A stretch of 64,000 nt of DNA. Origin: the human T2T-CHM13v2.0 reference genome, Homo sapiens. Numbering within the stretch: position 1 is the stretch's first letter; each line of letters begins with the position of its first letter. Where the stretch lies: the NCBI RefSeq assembly GCF_009914755.1, contig NC_060928.1. One strand, 5' to 3'. This document shows positions 58,831 to 64,000 of this stretch, piece by piece. The notes below the pieces were generated by a model that searched no databases, was not told the origin of the DNA, and was given only the letters and a program-made list of their open reading frames with translations. Position numbers and translations under genes: made by a program.

Positions 58831-59740
58831 GTAGTTATTGTAGTAGTCTTTGTTATATTGAAGTTTTATTATGATATATACAGGTGCAGATTTAGTTAAA
58901 CTTACCCTGCTTGGGACCTGCAAAATTCATGTTGTAGTAATTCTGAAAACGTCTCAGCCATTTTCTTTCTGGAACTCTTGTCTGGAACTAGTTTTAACAT
59001 TAATTTCTGGACTTGAGTTTCTAATCTGATGAAAACAGTATAAATCCATACTCCATAACCACCTATAGCACAGTCATGGAGTTTCCATTTTTCCCCCAGG
59101 AAACTTATTTTCTCCCACTGAAAGTCCCAGACTAAGAAGACACTTTGCTTATCTTGGCCAATGATTAGAGTTTTTCTAGTAGTGCTTTCCGTGAGAGGAC
59201 ACCTTTCAGGTTCCCAGGTTTATTGAGTGGTCTCAGTTCCAGCTAACTACCCAAGGCTACATTTCATATACCTGCATGTATACTTCACACCTAACTATGA
59301 CAGCCTATCACATGCTTATATGTGCAATTTGGGCGCTTGATAATTGTCTTTTTGACATAAATTCCTAAAAATGGAACTGATCCAAAAAGAGCAAGCTGAA
59401 CAGCAAAGCAGTTATCATTGTGAAATCTGGAGTTATTAAGACGTTAAGTTTAAATCTTGACTTTGCCACTTAATAGCTGTTATTATAGCTATTAAGGGGG
59501 AAGAAAATCCAAACTCTTTGAGTCCTAGTTTTCACAATTCTAATATAGGAGTAAGAATAGCTATTGTGAGGAAAGAATACAGTACATGCAAAGTGTGCAG
59601 CAGAGTACCAAGTCCATGATGGCTTTGATAGATGTTACTATTATTGCTATTGTTATTCTAAATGTTTTCAATTTTTATCCATATTGCTAAATTACCAAAT
59701 AGAAAGACTATCCCTATTCACACACCTACCAACAGTGTGC

Positions 59741-60029
59741 TTTTGTTTTTGTTTTTGTTTTAAGACATGATCTTGCTATGTCTCCCAGGCTAGAGTGCAG
59801 TGGCATGCCTCCACCACCCGGGCTCAAGTGATCCTCCCACCTCAGCCTCCTGACTAACTGGGGTGACGAGAGCACCACTATACCTGGCTAATTTTGTTTT
59901 TAATTTTTTTGTAAAGACGGGGTCTCCCTGGGTTTCCTAGGCTGGTCTCAAACTCCTGGACTCCAGCAATCCAATTGCCTCGGCCGCCCAAAGTGCTGAG
60001 ATTACAGGCCTGAGCCACCATGCTTGACC
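59741..60029 (-). mobile_element. Alu (AluJ-like) inserted in an L1ME relic (~59660-60330)
   Basis: Reverse Alu with TSD aacagtgtg/aacagtatg at 59731-59739 and 60030-60038. Confidence 0.9.
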
Positions 60030-60184
60030 AACAGTATGAATCTGTATGTCTTTCCATTCTTGCCAACAACAGGTCTTGTGACTCTTGTTGAACTTTGCTA
60101 ATTTTATAGATGGAAAATATTTTTATTTGCACTGATATGATTACTGGTACAGTTGTACATCTTTTCATAGGTTTGCTGCTCATT

Positions 60185-60186
<2 letters not shown>

Positions 60187-60224
<38 letters not shown>
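60187..60224. repeat. (TG)n microsatellite, about 19 units
   Basis: Read directly. Confidence 0.95.
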
Positions 60225-60225
<1 letters not shown>

Positions 60226-60277
60226 CTGGTTTAAGATCTTTGTTCATTTTTCTATGGGTATATATGTTTCTATTTGA

Positions 60278-60499
<222 letters not shown>

Positions 60500-62408
60500 T
60501 GAACTTTGGATATAAAAGCACTTCCCTGATATTTCACTGTAAAAATAAACTAAAGATGAAGTCTTTACTGATATACATTGCAGTGGTTTTTGTTATTGAC
60601 AGTTTTGTTTGTACATTTCATGTGAAAAGAGCATAGGAATTATCTTTCTAGGTCAGGTCCCATCTCGCCTAACCAGTGCAAAATTCTGTTACTAACGAGT
60701 GACCTGGAGAACATGATAAAAAACAAGAAATCATGTTTATCAGAATAATACTTAAAATCAATTAGGATCTGCTCAGTTTACAGGAAGATTTACTATAGTT
60801 TAGTCTTTCACTGGTTATGAAATAAATTCACCCAAAGCCTTTTAAAATCAGTTTTTTGCCTCTGTTTAGTGGCTTTACTTATATTTTAAGAAAGTTTCCA
60901 GAATGCCCCTTCAACTTTCTATTTTCCAGATCTACCATCTTGGTCCATATTCATCTTATCCATACCATTCATGATTTGATAGATTTTTACTTTCTAGGCC
61001 AAAGAGTCCTAATCTTTCACTTTGTCCTTATATGTCAATTCCTCCTCACTCCCTCCTACTTCTCTGATCATTTTATAATAAATTGGCACCACAATAATGA
61101 AATTTACTGAGAAAACCAGATTTTGAGATGCTGCCATAACTAATGAAGTCAGAGAAATGATGAAAAGGGCTTTAATGAGGTTTGAAATACAGTTAGAATA
61201 TTACAGATAGAAAATCAATTTGGAAAATGCTGTCAGCTTCATCCATGAAGAAAAAATTATTTAAACACACACATCTAAAGGACAGGAGTAACTATGAAGG
61301 CAATGAAGAACTGAGAATTGTTTTATAATTGAGAAAAACTCATTCTTTTTTATCTATCTATCTGCCTGTCTACCATATATAAAATTTTGTTATGATTAAA
61401 AGTCTAACTGGGTAGATGTACAAATACCTTGGATATTCAAATTCTGGAAGGCCTAGCAAATAATTAAGCATTTAATTATTTTAACTAACTCTTAATGCTA
61501 TATAATCTTGGAGGCAGAAGGAAGAGTTTTTTTTTTTTGGCTCCCTTGCAATACCACTTACAAGATGATGCCTAATTTTGCTCATCCCATAGAATGTATT
61601 TTATATTCTTCAAGAGAAAAACTGAATTTGTGGATCCAAGACTAGCAGGTATTTTGGAGAAAAAAGGATATCTTTTCCATAAAGCCATTTTTGACAAGTA
61701 CTGTAAAGCATTTGCATAGCAAAGAGAGATTACTGTTTAAATAGATTATATCAGATCATAGAACAATTGGGAGCTGTACTTCTCTTAAAGTAACTTATAA
61801 GATCTGGAAAACTACTTCCAGTCTGGGTTAGTTAAGCATTCAGTAGATTCTCAGTTCTTAATCATTGAAAATTAAATAAAAGCTACAGCCTTTCTTTCTA
61901 AAACAAAACAAACAAAATTAAAAAACCAAGAAAATCCATATACAATTATAGAATTTTATAGAATTTTCAATGTAAGTTTCTATAAATTATTGGGATCTCA
62001 GGTCCCTAGGCTAAGGAACTCTTGGCTCTAGAGCAATTTTGGTTATATTTCTGTGTTTTTTAAAATTTTGCTTTTAAGCCTATCGCTGAATACCTAATAT
62101 ATAAACCAATCTCCTGCTTTAGCTTAGGCACTCCATCTATTTATTTTGGACCATATTAGACTGACAGTTCCATGTCCTCATCTATAAGCTCTTCATTGGT
62201 ACTTTGCATGGGAAAGCCTTGCCATGTCCTGAAAGCTGATCTCCACACTCTGCTATGAACAACTCAAATGGAGCGTGCTGTTTAATTATATTGGAGACCT
62301 AAGGATTTGCCAGAACATTCTTGCCAATTTGACATATAAGAAGCCAACCACCAGCCATCTGCTCAATGCCTAGTTCCTAGGATCCTTCCTTAAGAGTTTA
62401 TTGTGCGT

Positions 62409-62728
<320 letters not shown>

Positions 62729-62921
62729 TTACTGTGTGATTCTGGTCTCTCATATATAAACCTGACTTATTTTAGTGATGGGATCTTTCCTACCCCTCAC
62801 TTTATCTTTTCAGAGTCCCAGGATATCTCATTGTACATAGAAGTCAAGCTATGGCAAGTGAGGCTGAAAGTATACCTGAGAAAAGTCAACTTTCCAACTC
62901 TAATCCTCTTTCACAATATTT

Positions 62922-63245
62922 AAGCAGTTTTATTGAGGTATAATTGATATACAAATAACTGCATATATTTAATGTGTACAATTTTATGAGTTTGAACATT
63001 GAAAACACCCATGATACCATCACCACAATCAAGTTAACAGACACATGCAATATTTCTCAGTGTTTCCTTGTATCCCATTGTTGCTCTTTGTAATAAGAAC
63101 ATGTAACATGAGATCTACGCTCTTTACAAATTCTGAAGTACACAATACTGTATTATCAAGCATAGGCATTATGTTGTACAAAAGATTTCTAGAACTTTAG
63201 CAGATAATTAAAACTTTATATACACTGAACAACCATTTCCCCCAC
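62922..63245 (-). mobile_element. L1M (MA/MB-type) 3' terminus
   Basis: 'cagttttattgaggtataattgatatac...accatcaccacaatcaag...aacatgagatctac'. Confidence 0.8.
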
Positions 63246-63367
63246 ATTCCAGAAGTTTCATTATTAAAGGGGGAAAAGGTGACTTCTGAGAGTAACAAAT
63301 ACGTATTTATTCAAATCCAGATACAGCATATTCTAAAATTGAAGATAATCTTTAAACAAACAGCTAC

Positions 63368-63972
63368 TGTGCCAGACTATTAACTGCCTACTTTATAGCC
63401 ATTCCCACCCTCTTATATGTTAACAGAACCCTGTTTTCTTTGGGACAACAATATGCCCAATCTAGGATATGACTCACTGTTAGTCTAGTTAGTCTAAACC
63501 AGTCACATTTCCAAGTAATATGTGCCTCAAATACATGACAGATAGCCGAGATATTGATTCCCCTTAACTCTCAGGGCAGAAGGACTGGGCCTAGATTAGC
63601 AGAAGCATTCTGTTCACCCTCAGGATGTACAACAAATGTTATCATTTCCTACACGTGCCATAAAGGGAAAAACGTCAGTCAGGAAGCACGTTTCTAAGCC
63701 AAATTCTGTTCCCTTGGATAGATACTCAATTTCTCTCCTCTCCTTACAGCTAGCAGTAATCCAGTTCTGGCCAATGCAACATTAGGGAAAGTCAGCTGAG
63801 AGCCTCCTGGAAATGCTTGTTCTAACATATAAAAGGACAGAAATAACAGGATAGCATATCAGCGGTGCCTTTTCCCTTTCTTCCTACCTCGAACAAAAAT
63901 ACAATGCCTAAAACCTCAACAGCCATCTCACTACCATGAAGTAACAAAGCATGAGGATAAAAGACCAACAGC
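63368..63972. mobile_element. Old MaLR LTR (MLT1J-like), possibly interrupted by a small DNA-transposon relic (~63520-63680)
   Basis: 'aacagaaccctgtttt', 'ccagttctggccaatg' and 'cagccatct...accatgaag' are MLT1-type motifs. Confidence 0.5.
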
Positions 63973-63973
63973 T

Positions 63974-64000
63974 AGCCAGGCACGGTGGCTCACAGCTATG
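63974..64000 (+). mobile_element. Start of an Alu, cut by the window edge
   Basis: agccaggcacggtggctcac. Confidence 0.75.

Overview
This is AT-rich, repeat-dense primate genomic DNA, most likely human or another hominid, and it looks intronic or intergenic. I found no host protein-coding exon, RNA gene or CpG-island promoter that I can support. The dominant feature is a full-length (~6.0 kb) young LINE-1 at 5724-11757 (+). It has an L1HS-like 5' UTR and an intermediate GCG/A 3' UTR signature, ORF1 and ORF2 are disabled, and antisense ORF0 is intact. It sits inside the poly(A) tail of an older L1 fragment. The rest of the window is older L1 pieces (two internally deleted), about 14 Alu/FLAM copies, many MIR and L2 relics, hAT and Tc1/mariner DNA-transposon fossils, solo ERV LTRs (including a four-level nest at 31.1-33.6 kb) and microsatellites. 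A few repeat-free blocks rich in homeodomain-type motifs could be conserved enhancers. Nearly all ORFs in the supplied track are L1-derived, Alu-derived or chance ORFs. I see no convincing previously undescribed biological system. Subfamily names come from recalled consensus sequences, and the boundaries of old repeats are approximate until checked with RepeatMasker/Dfam.
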